A program made the position numbers and the translations under genes. Shown in pieces: positions 43,763 to 52,741 of a stretch of DNA of 64,000 nucleotides. This stretch comes from Candidatus Micrarchaeota archaeon (GTDB lineage Archaea > Micrarchaeota > Micrarchaeia > Anstonellales > Bilamarchaeaceae), in NCBI GenBank assembly GCA_018304385.1, contig JAGVWJ010000005.1:2814-66813 (forward strand), given 5' to 3'. The notes beneath the pieces were generated by a model. That model was not told where the DNA came from. It did no database searches and was given only the letters and a program-made list of their open reading frames with translations. Positions within the stretch are counted from its first letter, which is position 1. Each line of letters starts with the position of its first letter.

Positions 43763-46152
43763 TACGAGACCTCAACTTTAAATTCTCCTTTTTCCTGTTC
43801 AACTTCTTTTATTTTTCCTATTGCCTTAAGCTCATTTACTAATTCGTAGCTCAATAATGTATCCAATGATAATTTTATTTTTGTAAGCTCAGCATTTTGT
43901 GGCATTTTATTCTTAGATTTATATTGACGAACCTCGCCAATAACCTGATTAAATGGCCCCATTGTTTCTACTGACTTTTCATCAATCTCCTTAGCTTCTG
44001 GCCATTCGCTTAAATGAATTGATTTTGTTTTTTTCGCTTCTTGCTCGAAAAGCGCATGATATAACTCTTCGCTTATGTGCGAAGCAAATGGCGCAAGCAA
44101 TTTTATTGTATTAAACAAAATATAGCGTAAAACATACTGCCCATTGTGTTTTGCCTTTTTATCAATTCCATATATTCTATACTTTACATATTCTAGATAA
44201 TTATCACAAACATCATGCCAAAAGAAGGTATGTAATTTATTAATTGCCTGCTGGAATTCGAATACTTCCATATGCTCAGTAAATGATTTTATTAGTTCGT
44301 GCAATCTTGATAGAATCCATCTATCTACTAATGACAAATCTTTGAACGAAACTGATTTGCCAGTATAATCATCTGTGCTCTTTTCCACTAAACGGGCTGC
44401 ATTCCATAGTTTGTTAAGAAAACTTTTCGCATATTTTATATCCTCATAACTAAATGGCCTGTCTTTTGCCATTGCTCCGCTCATGGCTGCCCATTGTCTA
44501 ATTGCATCAGTTGGATATTCCTGCTGAAGCTGCGAAGGGGATATGATATTGCCTAAGCTTTTGCTCATCTTTTTGCCATCTGGTGCCAGCACATTCCCAT
44601 TAAGCAAAATGTTTTCCCATGGTTTCTTGCCAGTTAAACCAACCCCGCTTCTATAAATTGTATAAAATGCCCATGTACGTACTATCTCTACTCCTTGCGG
44701 CCTAAGCGAATTTGGATAAAGCTTAGCAAATTTTTCTTTATCATCTGGCCAACCAGATATAATCAATGGAGTAATAGAAGAATCCACCCAGCAATCACAT
44801 GTGCTTGTTTCTGGCTTTAGTTCTGCGCCACACTTGCATTTTTTTGGTGTTGATTTCTCTGCATAATATGGTAGCTCATTAATGTCTGCAGCAATAGTTG
44901 CGTTACATTTTCCACAGTAATAAAATGGTAATGGTGTACCAAATACCCTCTGTCTGGAGATAACCCAGTCCCATTCTGCACCCTCCACCCAATCAATAAG
45001 ATAGGTAATGCCAAAATCCGGGAACCATTTAACTTCGTGCGCAAGATCTTTTATTTTTTTTCCAGTAGTTCTAATATCAGCAAACCACTGCTTACTTGGA
45101 ATAAGCTCAACTAATGTTTTGCATCTATCATGAACTTTTACTACTTGCTTGAGATTTTTCTTGCCTACTATTTTGCCATCTTTTTCTAGTATCTCAACTA
45201 TTTTCTTTTTGGCTTCTGTTGCTTTTAGCCCATCAATCTCTTTTATTCCAGTATTCTTCATTTTTCCGAATTGATCTATGCAATCAATAAGAGGCAATTT
45301 GTATCTGTGCATCCATACTACATCCATCTTGTCTCCAAAGGTACAAACTTGTAAAATACCTGTTCCAAATTCCTTGTCAACTTCTTTATCTGGAATTATT
45401 GGAACCTCTTTTCCTAAAGCAGTTTTCGCCTTCTTTCCTTGCAAGCTTTTATAGCGCTCATCTTCTGGATTAAACATTACTGCTACGCAAGCAGGAATGA
45501 GCTCTGGCCTAGTTGTCGCTATAATTAAATCTTCACCATTTGGCCCAGTAAACTTAATATCATAGATAATTCCATCCTTTTCTTCATCATCAAGCTCTGC
45601 CTTAGCTATTGCTGATACGCATTTCGGACACCAATAAACAGGATATTCAGCACGATATATTAGTTTTTTATTGTACATCTCAATAAGTGAGATCTGCACT
45701 TTTTTATGATATTCTGGATCCATTGTCCTGTATTCAAATTTCCAATCTGGGCTAAACCCCATTTCTATCATTTGCTGCTTCATTCTTGCTATGAACTCGC
45801 CAGTCCATGCTACGCATTTTTCTCGAAATTCTGCTGGCTTTAGCCTTCCAAACTTTTGCTCTACTTTTACTTCAGTTGGAAATCCTTGGCAATCCCAACC
45901 CTGTGGATAATAGACGTTATAACCGTTCATGCGCTTATAGCGCGCAACAAAATCAAAAAAGCTATAGCTAAGCACATGGCCCATGTGGAGTTCGCCACTG
46001 GTGAAAGGAGGAGGAGTATCGATTGAGTAATGTTTCGAGTTTCCTGTTTTCAGTTTCGTTTCGTCAAACTTAAAAATTTTATTCTCTTGCCAATACTCTT
46101 GCCATTTTTTTTCCATTGATTTGTCGAATCGTTCAGGTAACATAGAGATCAC
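43762..46152 (-). CDS. valS: valyl-tRNA synthetase (short form)
   Basis: YSIDTPPPFTSGELHMGHVLSYSFFDFVARYKRMNGYNVYYPQGWDCQGFPTE, YWCPKC and KMSKSLGN. 796 aa. The start may be the M at 46143. Confidence 0.85.
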   Translation of the reverse strand: MISMLPERFDKSMEKKWQEYWQENKIFKFDETKLKTGNSKHYSIDTPPPFTSGELHMGHVLSYSFFDFVARYKRMNGYNVYYPQGWDCQGFPTEVKVEQKFGRLKPAEFREKCVAWTGEFIARMKQQMIEMGFSPDWKFEYRTMDPEYHKKVQISLIEMYNKKLIYRAEYPVYWCPKCVSAIAKAELDDEEKDGIIYDIKFTGPNGEDLIIATTRPELIPACVAVMFNPEDERYKSLQGKKAKTALGKEVPIIPDKEVDKEFGTGILQVCTFGDKMDVVWMHRYKLPLIDCIDQFGKMKNTGIKEIDGLKATEAKKKIVEILEKDGKIVGKKNLKQVVKVHDRCKTLVELIPSKQWFADIRTTGKKIKDLAHEVKWFPDFGITYLIDWVEGAEWDWVISRQRVFGTPLPFYYCGKCNATIAADINELPYYAEKSTPKKCKCGAELKPETSTCDCWVDSSITPLIISGWPDDKEKFAKLYPNSLRPQGVEIVRTWAFYTIYRSGVGLTGKKPWENILLNGNVLAPDGKKMSKSLGNIISPSQLQQEYPTDAIRQWAAMSGAMAKDRPFSYEDIKYAKSFLNKLWNAARLVEKSTDDYTGKSVSFKDLSLVDRWILSRLHELIKSFTEHMEVFEFQQAINKLHTFFWHDVCDNYLEYVKYRIYGIDKKAKHNGQYVLRYILFNTIKLLAPFASHISEELYHALFEQEAKKTKSIHLSEWPEAKEIDEKSVETMGPFNQVIGEVRQYKSKNKMPQNAELTKIKLSLDTLLSYELVNELKAIGKIKEVEQEKGEFKVEVS

Positions 46153-46174
46153 AATAAAAAAGAATAAATATCGT

Positions 46175-46504
46175 TTAGCTCAACTCTACTATAAGTCTCT
46201 TTTCCTTTGCTTGTGTAATTATAACTGGTTTCGAAGAACTTGAAATACCAAGTGCCTTTGCAACACTAGATTTAAGAGCAATTGCAAGATTTCCACCTAT
46301 TTTGTAAATGGTAGCTTTTTCTGAACCGAATAAACCAAGTTCTTTCATTTTACTTTCTATCCTAGCAGCTTCTTTTGAATTAAATATCTGTTCGTCACAA
46401 GCATTACAAATCTCTGCTTTAAAATGTCCAACAAATATCCCATGACGGACAACGTCTACAATTTTTTTTGTTATCTTTCCTTTCTCACATATAGGGCATA
46501 CCAT
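46175..46504 (-). CDS. zinc-finger + AbrB/SpoVT-like antitoxin
   Basis: MVCPICEKG...CNACDE zinc ribbon, followed by IYKIGGNLAIALKSSVAKALGI (a swapped-hairpin-like segment). Located downstream of the toxin gene. Confidence 0.55.
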   Translation of the reverse strand: MVCPICEKGKITKKIVDVVRHGIFVGHFKAEICNACDEQIFNSKEAARIESKMKELGLFGSEKATIYKIGGNLAIALKSSVAKALGISSSSKPVIITQAKEKRLIVELS

Positions 46505-46512
46505 AAAACCAC

Positions 46513-46719
46513 CTACGTGCGATAGCACGTTATTATTAGCCAGTATCCTTTTTCCTTTTGCGCAACAACTTCAAGGCCGCGATAATAAAACTTATATTTT
46601 TTTTCTGAAATGCGTGTCGTTTGGCTAGACTTTATAATTGTCTCTTCTACCTCATTTGTTGTTATTTTTTCATCTGGCATGGATTCCAGAATAGCGTGCT
46701 TAGTGTACTTCAAGCGCAT
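46513..46719 (-). CDS. DUF4258-like toxin
   Basis: 68 aa. MRLKYTKHAILESMPDEKITTNEVEETI... resembles DUF4258-type toxins. The toxin-first gene order matches HigBA/MqsRA. Confidence 0.5.
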   Translation of the reverse strand: MRLKYTKHAILESMPDEKITTNEVEETIIKSSQTTRISEKKYKFYYRGLEVVAQKEKGYWLIITCYRT

Positions 46720-46721
46720 AG

Positions 46722-46741
46722 ATATTTAATATATTAAATAT
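46722..46741. promoter_or_regulatory. 20-bp perfect palindrome ATATTTAATATATTAAATAT upstream of the toxin-antitoxin operon
   Basis: Read directly. Starts 3 nt upstream of the toxin start codon (46719). Confidence 0.35.
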
Positions 46742-46821
46742 ATTTAATACTATCGTTTTATGATAAATAAAATTTAAACGGATTTACCACGCCATCTCTA
46801 AGAATAGATAATAAAAAATAA

Positions 46822-47658
46822 TTACAAAAAATCCCAAACCCTTTTCCAAATCCTTTGCCCATCCTTCGCCGCAATGCATGCAATACCAGTAGCATTTTCA
46901 ACCTTTTTCGCTTCTTTATCTGCTACAGGTATCATCTTCATGCCCATATGCGAAAGAATCGCCAGCTTTGGCTTTGCAATCTTTAATATTTCTATTACAT
47001 CAAGCGTTGTCATGTGGCCATGATATGGATCTGGCAGGGGTTTTAGACAATTCAAAATTAAATAGTCGCATCCATGATAGCTTTCACCAATTCCTTCATA
47101 ATACTCCGTATCACTAGTATAACCAATCACTGCACCATCAATCCAAAGCTTAAAGCCAAAGCAGCTTTTTTCATCATGTTTAGTTCTAATAGATTCTATT
47201 TCGAACTCGCCTTTTTTTGTTTTTATTTTTTTCTTTTCGCCCCAATTACCAGAATAAACCTGGCCAGCTAGGCCTTGGTGATATAAAGAAACTCCACGAT
47301 CGCCACGTTCATCTCCATCTATCGTATATTTGCTACCAATGAGCGTGCCACCTTTCTTAAGCGTATTTCCAGACATTGCTTCTACAAGAAGTTGCGCATC
47401 GTTTACATGATCAACATGATAATGTGTAACAATAACAGCATCTAATTTATGAACATCTTGTTTCAATCGCAGGCTATGCAATAATGCACCAGGCCCCGGA
47501 TCAACATGGATATTCGCAGATTTTGAATTAATTCTAAATCCAGCTGTTGCACGTATTTGCTTTAGTAGATTAAATCTACCGCCTCCTGTGCCTAAGAAGA
47601 GAATTGAGAAATCCGAAGGATTTCGAGAGCTTTGAACTCTGTTCAAATTAAGTTCCAT
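46822..47658 (-). CDS. MBL-fold metallo-hydrolase
   Basis: VTHYHVDHVND (HxHxDH) and a later H in LSHMG. Start MELNLN at 47658. Confidence 0.75.
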   Translation of the reverse strand: MELNLNRVQSSRNPSDFSILFLGTGGGRFNLLKQIRATAGFRINSKSANIHVDPGPGALLHSLRLKQDVHKLDAVIVTHYHVDHVNDAQLLVEAMSGNTLKKGGTLIGSKYTIDGDERGDRGVSLYHQGLAGQVYSGNWGEKKKIKTKKGEFEIESIRTKHDEKSCFGFKLWIDGAVIGYTSDTEYYEGIGESYHGCDYLILNCLKPLPDPYHGHMTTLDVIEILKIAKPKLAILSHMGMKMIPVADKEAKKVENATGIACIAAKDGQRIWKRVWDFL

Positions 47659-47888
47659 ACGAAAAATTAGAAGAGAATGTTTTTTAATAATAGCAAAGCT
47701 TAGAAACATTTTAATATAGTTGTTATTAATATAACACTATGAGATTATCTTCAAGTGCAGTTGCTGCAGTAATAACATCTAGCCCAGAAAGACGTTCCTT
47801 CCCTACACCAGTAACTGCAGGACCAAAAAGAATAAAGCTTGACATATGTTTTGTTTTTACTAACTACAATCCGAATGAAGTGTATATT

Positions 47889-48227
47889 ATGATATACAAG
47901 GGATATATAAGTGATGGCGAGTCTACAGGTAGCACCACAAAACCAACACTGATAAAAATTGCATCCTTTAGTGAAAGGTCATTAAAGCTAAAGAGCCTAG
48001 CTGAGTTACTTCCAATGAACGAGAACTTAGAAGCACGTTTAGCTCAGCAACAGTCAGGAAAGGTATTAGGGGCTGCTGTTTTTAATTACTTAATAGAAGA
48101 TATTGGAACAAATGGCAACGGCATTGAGTTAAATGGAAAATTAAAACCAGAGTTTGTTGAAGCTTTATTTGCTAAAGACCAAGCAAGATTAGATGATATC
48201 GCAAAAAGTAAAGATATTGAATTATAA
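47889..48227 (+). CDS. hypothetical protein
   Basis: The 112-aa core from the ATG at 47889. The upstream part of the track ORF has atypical composition. Confidence 0.35.
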   Translation: MIYKGYISDGESTGSTTKPTLIKIASFSERSLKLKSLAELLPMNENLEARLAQQQSGKVLGAAVFNYLIEDIGTNGNGIELNGKLKPEFVEALFAKDQARLDDIAKSKDIEL

Positions 48228-49154
48228 TTAGACGGTTTGTAATTTTTCAATCATTCCACAGAATACGCAAATTTCATTAGCAGAAGGCTCCTTGCATTGC
48301 TTGCAGTATTTCATTTCTAGTTTTTCGCCATCTTCTGCTAGACCTTTTCTAAGTGCTTTCTCCATTGCAAAAAAGCTGTTAACTATTTTGAACTTTGTGC
48401 CTGTATACTTTTCTTCTGTTTCATTTAGCTGTTCACGCACATGAGCACGAAATGCATGTCTTGCGTATGGGCACTCTTGAAAATCTATTTCTATGCCACT
48501 TGTCAAAGCATACACAGCAACTTCTTTTTCTGGAGTTCGCATTAACGGACGAATCCGTGGAACGAATTTTTCATCCTCTACAAGCGGTTCGTTAAGGCGA
48601 GCAAGACGTTGTGGTTCATTGCGCATTATATTCATTAAAACTGTTTGTGCAATATCATCAAGATTATGCCCCAATGCTAGTTTATCTGCGTTTAGCTCGC
48701 GAGCTGCATTATTTAATAGACGGCGACGCATAACACCACAGTAACTGCATGGTATCTCTTCCTCACCTTTTTTCTTCATTATTTCATCTAAGCTTAGACC
48801 AACTTCTTTTTTATAAGAAAAAGTATGATGTTCTATGCCTAGCTTCTTGCATTCTGCTTTTGCAAATTCAAGTGTTTTATTCCTATATCCTTCAATGCCT
48901 TCATCAATTGTTATTGCAATTATCTCAAATGGTAATGTCTCTCGCAACCGTGCTAATGAATATAAAAGAACACAACTATCCTTTCCACCGCTTAGCCCAA
49001 CAGCAATACGCTCATTCCTTTTAATCATTGCAAACTCGCGAATAGTTGCCCTGATGCGCTTATCAAACATTTCCTTGAAATGTTTTTCGCATAAATGTGT
49101 TTTTGAATATGGTAAGTAGATGATTGCTGGAGATTTACAAGAAGAACAGAACAT
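48228..49154 (-). CDS. ttuA: tRNA 2-thiolation protein, TtuA/NcsA (Ncs6/Ctu1) family
   Basis: PP-loop GLSGGKDS. N- and C-terminal CxxC zinc fingers (CSSC...C, CKQC...CVFC). Fe-S Cys in CSYCG. LALGHNLDD. Confidence 0.8.
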   Translation of the reverse strand: MFCSSCKSPAIIYLPYSKTHLCEKHFKEMFDKRIRATIREFAMIKRNERIAVGLSGGKDSCVLLYSLARLRETLPFEIIAITIDEGIEGYRNKTLEFAKAECKKLGIEHHTFSYKKEVGLSLDEIMKKKGEEEIPCSYCGVMRRRLLNNAARELNADKLALGHNLDDIAQTVLMNIMRNEPQRLARLNEPLVEDEKFVPRIRPLMRTPEKEVAVYALTSGIEIDFQECPYARHAFRAHVREQLNETEEKYTGTKFKIVNSFFAMEKALRKGLAEDGEKLEMKYCKQCKEPSANEICVFCGMIEKLQTV

Positions 49155-49171
49155 AGATATTACCTAAATAA

Positions 49172-49555
49172 TTAATGAATTCGTTCGATTCCTGGGATTA
49201 GATCAAAATCTGAGTCGAATGAAATTATTTTCTCAATATTGAATTTTTTCATTATGATAATATTGCTAGCGTCACCGAAACTAAGCCCATCGTATTTTTC
49301 TACAAAATACATAATCTGTTCTATCCCCTCCTTTATTTCTACAACAGCAATATCTGATTCAATAATTTTTTCCCAAGTTTCCATGGATTTTTTACCGCCA
49401 TCCCTGCTCTTTATTACTGTAATGATTTCAGATAGAATAATAGTTGTTATAACACCTCGTTCTTCAGAACCTTGAACAAGTTCTACTGCTTTAGAATGCT
49501 CTTCTTCCCTATCTCGAAAAAAAGCAATAAGAACATCTGCATCTAAAAGAATCAC
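49172..49555 (-). CDS. vapC: PIN-domain toxin (VapC)
   Basis: MILLDADVLIAF (Asp4/6), E in SEIITV and a C-terminal FDSDFD: the classic PIN acidic quartet. Confidence 0.8.
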   Translation of the reverse strand: MILLDADVLIAFFRDREEEHSKAVELVQGSEERGVITTIILSEIITVIKSRDGGKKSMETWEKIIESDIAVVEIKEGIEQIMYFVEKYDGLSFGDASNIIIMKKFNIEKIISFDSDFDLIPGIERIH

Positions 49556-49837
49556 TTAAACACCATATACGATTTTATCTATGTCTTTAGAAGAACCTTT
49601 AGGCCCGCCTTTTATGAACCCCGCATATTTTAATAAACCAAAACCCTTCCTCGCTTTTTTTCCTTCGAGATATCCATATTTTTCCTCTGCCACGTGCTCA
49701 AGCGCCATTTCGATTACTTGCGCCTCAGTCACTCGTTCGCCCTTCTCAAGTTGCTCATGAGCCTGAACATATTTGAGGATTACGTCCGCTTGCTTGGGAA
49801 TCTTCTTGGTTATATATTCGCTTGCCATAAATACCAC
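49556..49837 (-). CDS. VapB-like antitoxin
   Basis: 93-aa ORF directly abutting vapC with no gap. Confidence 0.55.
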   Translation of the reverse strand: MVFMASEYITKKIPKQADVILKYVQAHEQLEKGERVTEAQVIEMALEHVAEEKYGYLEGKKARKGFGLLKYAGFIKGGPKGSSKDIDKIVYGV

Positions 49838-49883
49838 CTTTTACACTAATTACACTTTTTACACCAAAGAATTTAAAAACGTG

Positions 49884-50072
49884 CTATCCACCAAAAACAA
49901 CTTTAATAACTTCTACTGTGTCGCTTCCATCAACCTTAGTTGTTTCGGGCGCTAGCTTACCATTCACCTTTATTACTACTTCCTCGCGGCGCATGCCTAA
50001 TTGCTTTATAAGCTGTTCTGCAGTGCCTTTAAACTCTAGCTGTTTCTTTTCATTATTTAGAATAAGTTGCAT
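49884..50072 (-). CDS. ThiS/MoaD-fold ubiquitin-like protein with C-terminal Gly-Gly (SAMP/TtuB-like)
   Basis: 62 aa ending ...VEVIKVVFGG*. Pattern VNGK...V.DGD.VE is typical of ThiS/MoaD. Confidence 0.75.
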   Translation of the reverse strand: MQLILNNEKKQLEFKGTAEQLIKQLGMRREEVVIKVNGKLAPETTKVDGSDTVEVIKVVFGG

Positions 50073-50102
50073 TGCATGATATTACCTTGATTGAATTGTT
50101 TA

Positions 50103-51036
50103 TTAAGGATTTACTATTGGCCAGATCTGCTTTCCTTTGTGATATACGCTCCCAGCACGTATTGCTGCTTCAAATAATGGCCCCGACATATTCCCATTAA
50201 TGTGTATTTCACCGCCATACATGCTACATGCAACTGTTATTCCAACGTCGCCCATAACCAAAATACTGCCTCCATGCATCTCTGCACCTAGAGTATGGCC
50301 ACAGTTTCCTTGAACGATTATTTTACCGCCTCTCATCTTCAACCCAACATAATTTGAAGCATTGCCTTTTATTTTGATAGAGCCTCCATTTAGCATAATC
50401 CCTGCAAACGGTGCAGCATTACCATAAACAATAATCTTACCTTTCATGCAATTTCCGAGCCGTTCACCTGCATTTCCCTTCACTATGACTGTACCACCAT
50501 CCATTAGCGCGGCGCAATCATATCCTGCGTCACCTTCGACAATGATGGTTTTTCTATTATAAATTCCTAAAAGGCCTAGGTCGTCTAGATGACGAGTAAA
50601 TATTGTGTAAGTAGAATCCGACCCATTATTTATCAATGCACTCAGGAACAAACCAGCTCTTTTAGCAAAATCTTTTTCATTCTGAAATTCTCTTATTTAT
50701 CAATGCACTCAGGAACAAACCAGCTCTTTTAGCAAAATCTTTTTCATTCTGAAATTCTCCAAGAGCAAGGTTGAAATTCTCGATATCCGCTTTAGTGTAT
50801 GCGAAACTTCGAATAAGTTCTAATGCTTTCTGGTAACTTTTTCTTGGGTCGACAACAGCCATATCGTCTTTAACAAGCTCGAAGTTTTGCCATGCCTGCT
50901 TTAGAGCTCTTAATGTTTCGTTTTCTTTTATCTCTGCTTTTCTAACTGCGTGTGTAGGCTCGCGTTTATATCTTCGAAATTGATCACTCGCTCGAGCATC
51001 CGAAACTTTTGCGATTCTCCTTTCAACTAGCATCAT
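50103..51036 (-). pseudogene. GXGXG-repeat paralog split by a 67-bp tandem duplication
   Basis: Track ORFs 50677-51036 (N-module, ends ...AGLFLSALINKRISE*) and 50103-50651 (starts MFLSALINNGSDS...) are two halves of one gene. 934 nt minus 67 nt gives 867 nt, which is 289 codons. Confidence 0.85.
50626..50759. repeat. perfect 2 x 67-bp tandem duplication
   Basis: 50626-50692 equals 50693-50759 base for base (ttatttatcaatgcactcaggaacaaaccagctcttttagcaaaatctttttcattctgaaattctc). The flanking bases differ. Confidence 0.95.
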
Positions 51037-51910
51037 TATTCACCGGATAAATTAGTTTACCTTTATGAAATACCTTACCTCCCATCTTATTAACACCAAG
51101 CGAATGGTAATCTCCATTCAAATGAATTTCTCCGCCTTCCATTGCTAAACCAGTATCGTGACCACAATTACCTTCAATTACAATAAGCCCTCCTTTCATA
51201 CATCTTCCGAACTCTTGGTAAGGAGCATTTCCATATACATGTATCCTTCCGCCCGTCATAGAACCTCCGATATACGGCCCAGCATCACCTTTTATTATAA
51301 GCTCGCCACCATGCATATTACTTCCGCTGCCATAATCGCCATATCCTTCAACAATAATTATTCCGCCTTGCATTTCAAGCGCAGCAAATGCAGACGCGTC
51401 CCCTCTTACAATAATAGTTCCTCTTTCCATTTTATGTCCTATGCGCGTTACGTCATTTCCATAGATTATTATGTTTTTAACATTACGAAAACCCAGATCA
51501 TATATTGTTGCATCGTTAGGTGGTTTTATTAAATACCTGGTATCTACAGTATAATTTTCTTCGCTTCCAGTATTGATTAACGCACTTAGTAATAGCCCTG
51601 TTTTTTGAGCAAACCATTTTTCATCTTGAAATTCTATCAATGCGATAACGAATTTTTCTACATCTTTTGCAGAAACGCTTAGGTTTCCTATAAGTCCTAA
51701 AACCCGAACGTATGCCGCATCTTCATTATCTTGCCCATACGCGAATTTATTCCAGATATTTCTTAGTTCTTTGAGAACTACGTCTTCTTTTACATCTGGT
51801 GCTCGAACTTCGTGCGGAGTTTCGCGTTTATATTTACCAAAAATATCGCCTGCGTGTGCAATAGCTGAAACATTTGACACACCCCTTTGTCTTTTTGTAA
51901 TTTTAATCAT
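51023..51910 (-). CDS. N-module + GXGXG beta-helix repeat protein (paralog 3)
   Basis: 295 aa. N-motif GDIFGKYKRETPHEVR, then repeats IIVRGDASAFAALEMQGGIIIVEGYGDYGSGSNMHGGELIIKGDAGPYIGGSMTGGRIHVYGN, and tail FHKGKLIYP. Confidence 0.7.
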   Translation of the reverse strand: MIKITKRQRGVSNVSAIAHAGDIFGKYKRETPHEVRAPDVKEDVVLKELRNIWNKFAYGQDNEDAAYVRVLGLIGNLSVSAKDVEKFVIALIEFQDEKWFAQKTGLLLSALINTGSEENYTVDTRYLIKPPNDATIYDLGFRNVKNIIIYGNDVTRIGHKMERGTIIVRGDASAFAALEMQGGIIIVEGYGDYGSGSNMHGGELIIKGDAGPYIGGSMTGGRIHVYGNAPYQEFGRCMKGGLIVIEGNCGHDTGLAMEGGEIHLNGDYHSLGVNKMGGKVFHKGKLIYPVNNDAS

Positions 51911-51937
51911 TTTAAATCACTCTTTTTCGGTACGGTC

Positions 51938-52741
51938 TCAGCCTATCATAAAAACGTCTAAAGGGGAAGCATTCCAATCAGCAAAGATTTTCTGCCTAGT
52001 TCCTCCTAGATAATCACGAACCAAAGGTCCAATATAAAGGTTAACTCTTTTTAGATTTCTAGTTGTGTTATCTACTTGTTGGTCCTCCATCTTATCTCCT
52101 ATTGGAATTCTAAATCTTTCATCGTATTTGTACCAACCAGCTTCTCTAGGAAAGTTTTCAACTAAGCTAAGATTACTCTCATTGGTTACTCTAAGTTCAT
52201 AGTTATTGCCCCCCAGGGCAACTAGCTCAAAATTCGGATACTCCACTACCAATGCACAATTTATTTTACTTTGGAATTGTTTTGGAACATGAAACTTAAT
52301 ACAATATTCTACATCTTCTTCATCTAACAACCTATATTTGATCCGCTTCCCAAATTTTTTATCAGGTGCTTCGTATATAATAAATGTCCCTGTTATTACT
52401 GGGTAATCTGGTGGTATTCCACTCTCTCCATAATTCGTTTCAGTTAAAATTCTATCATGAATATCATTAGGAACTATTAGCTTGTTTTCTCTTTGTGCTA
52501 AAGCTATAGCTTTAAAGAAATTTAAACTTCCACAATATTCCAATAGTGCGATTACTGCTTCGGGCTTCATACCTCTCAGCATTTCTCTCGTTCTTTGTAT
52601 TCTTTCAGCTAAAGATTGATCTGTAACATCTGCCGATCTAACTGCTTGTGGTTTTTCTTTTTTGTATCTTCTAAATAGATCACTCGCCCGCGTAACAGCA
52701 GAAACAGATCGAACTCTTTCTATTTTCGTAGTTGTAATCAT
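51938..52741 (-). CDS. N-module protein with unrelated C-terminal domain (paralog 2)
   Basis: 267 aa. N-motif SDLFRRYKKEKPQAVR. No GXGXG repeats. The C-terminal ~170 aa are unrecognised. Confidence 0.6.
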   Translation of the reverse strand: MITTTKIERVRSVSAVTRASDLFRRYKKEKPQAVRSADVTDQSLAERIQRTREMLRGMKPEAVIALLEYCGSLNFFKAIALAQRENKLIVPNDIHDRILTETNYGESGIPPDYPVITGTFIIYEAPDKKFGKRIKYRLLDEEDVEYCIKFHVPKQFQSKINCALVVEYPNFELVALGGNNYELRVTNESNLSLVENFPREAGWYKYDERFRIPIGDKMEDQQVDNTTRNLKRVNLYIGPLVRDYLGGTRQKIFADWNASPLDVFMIG

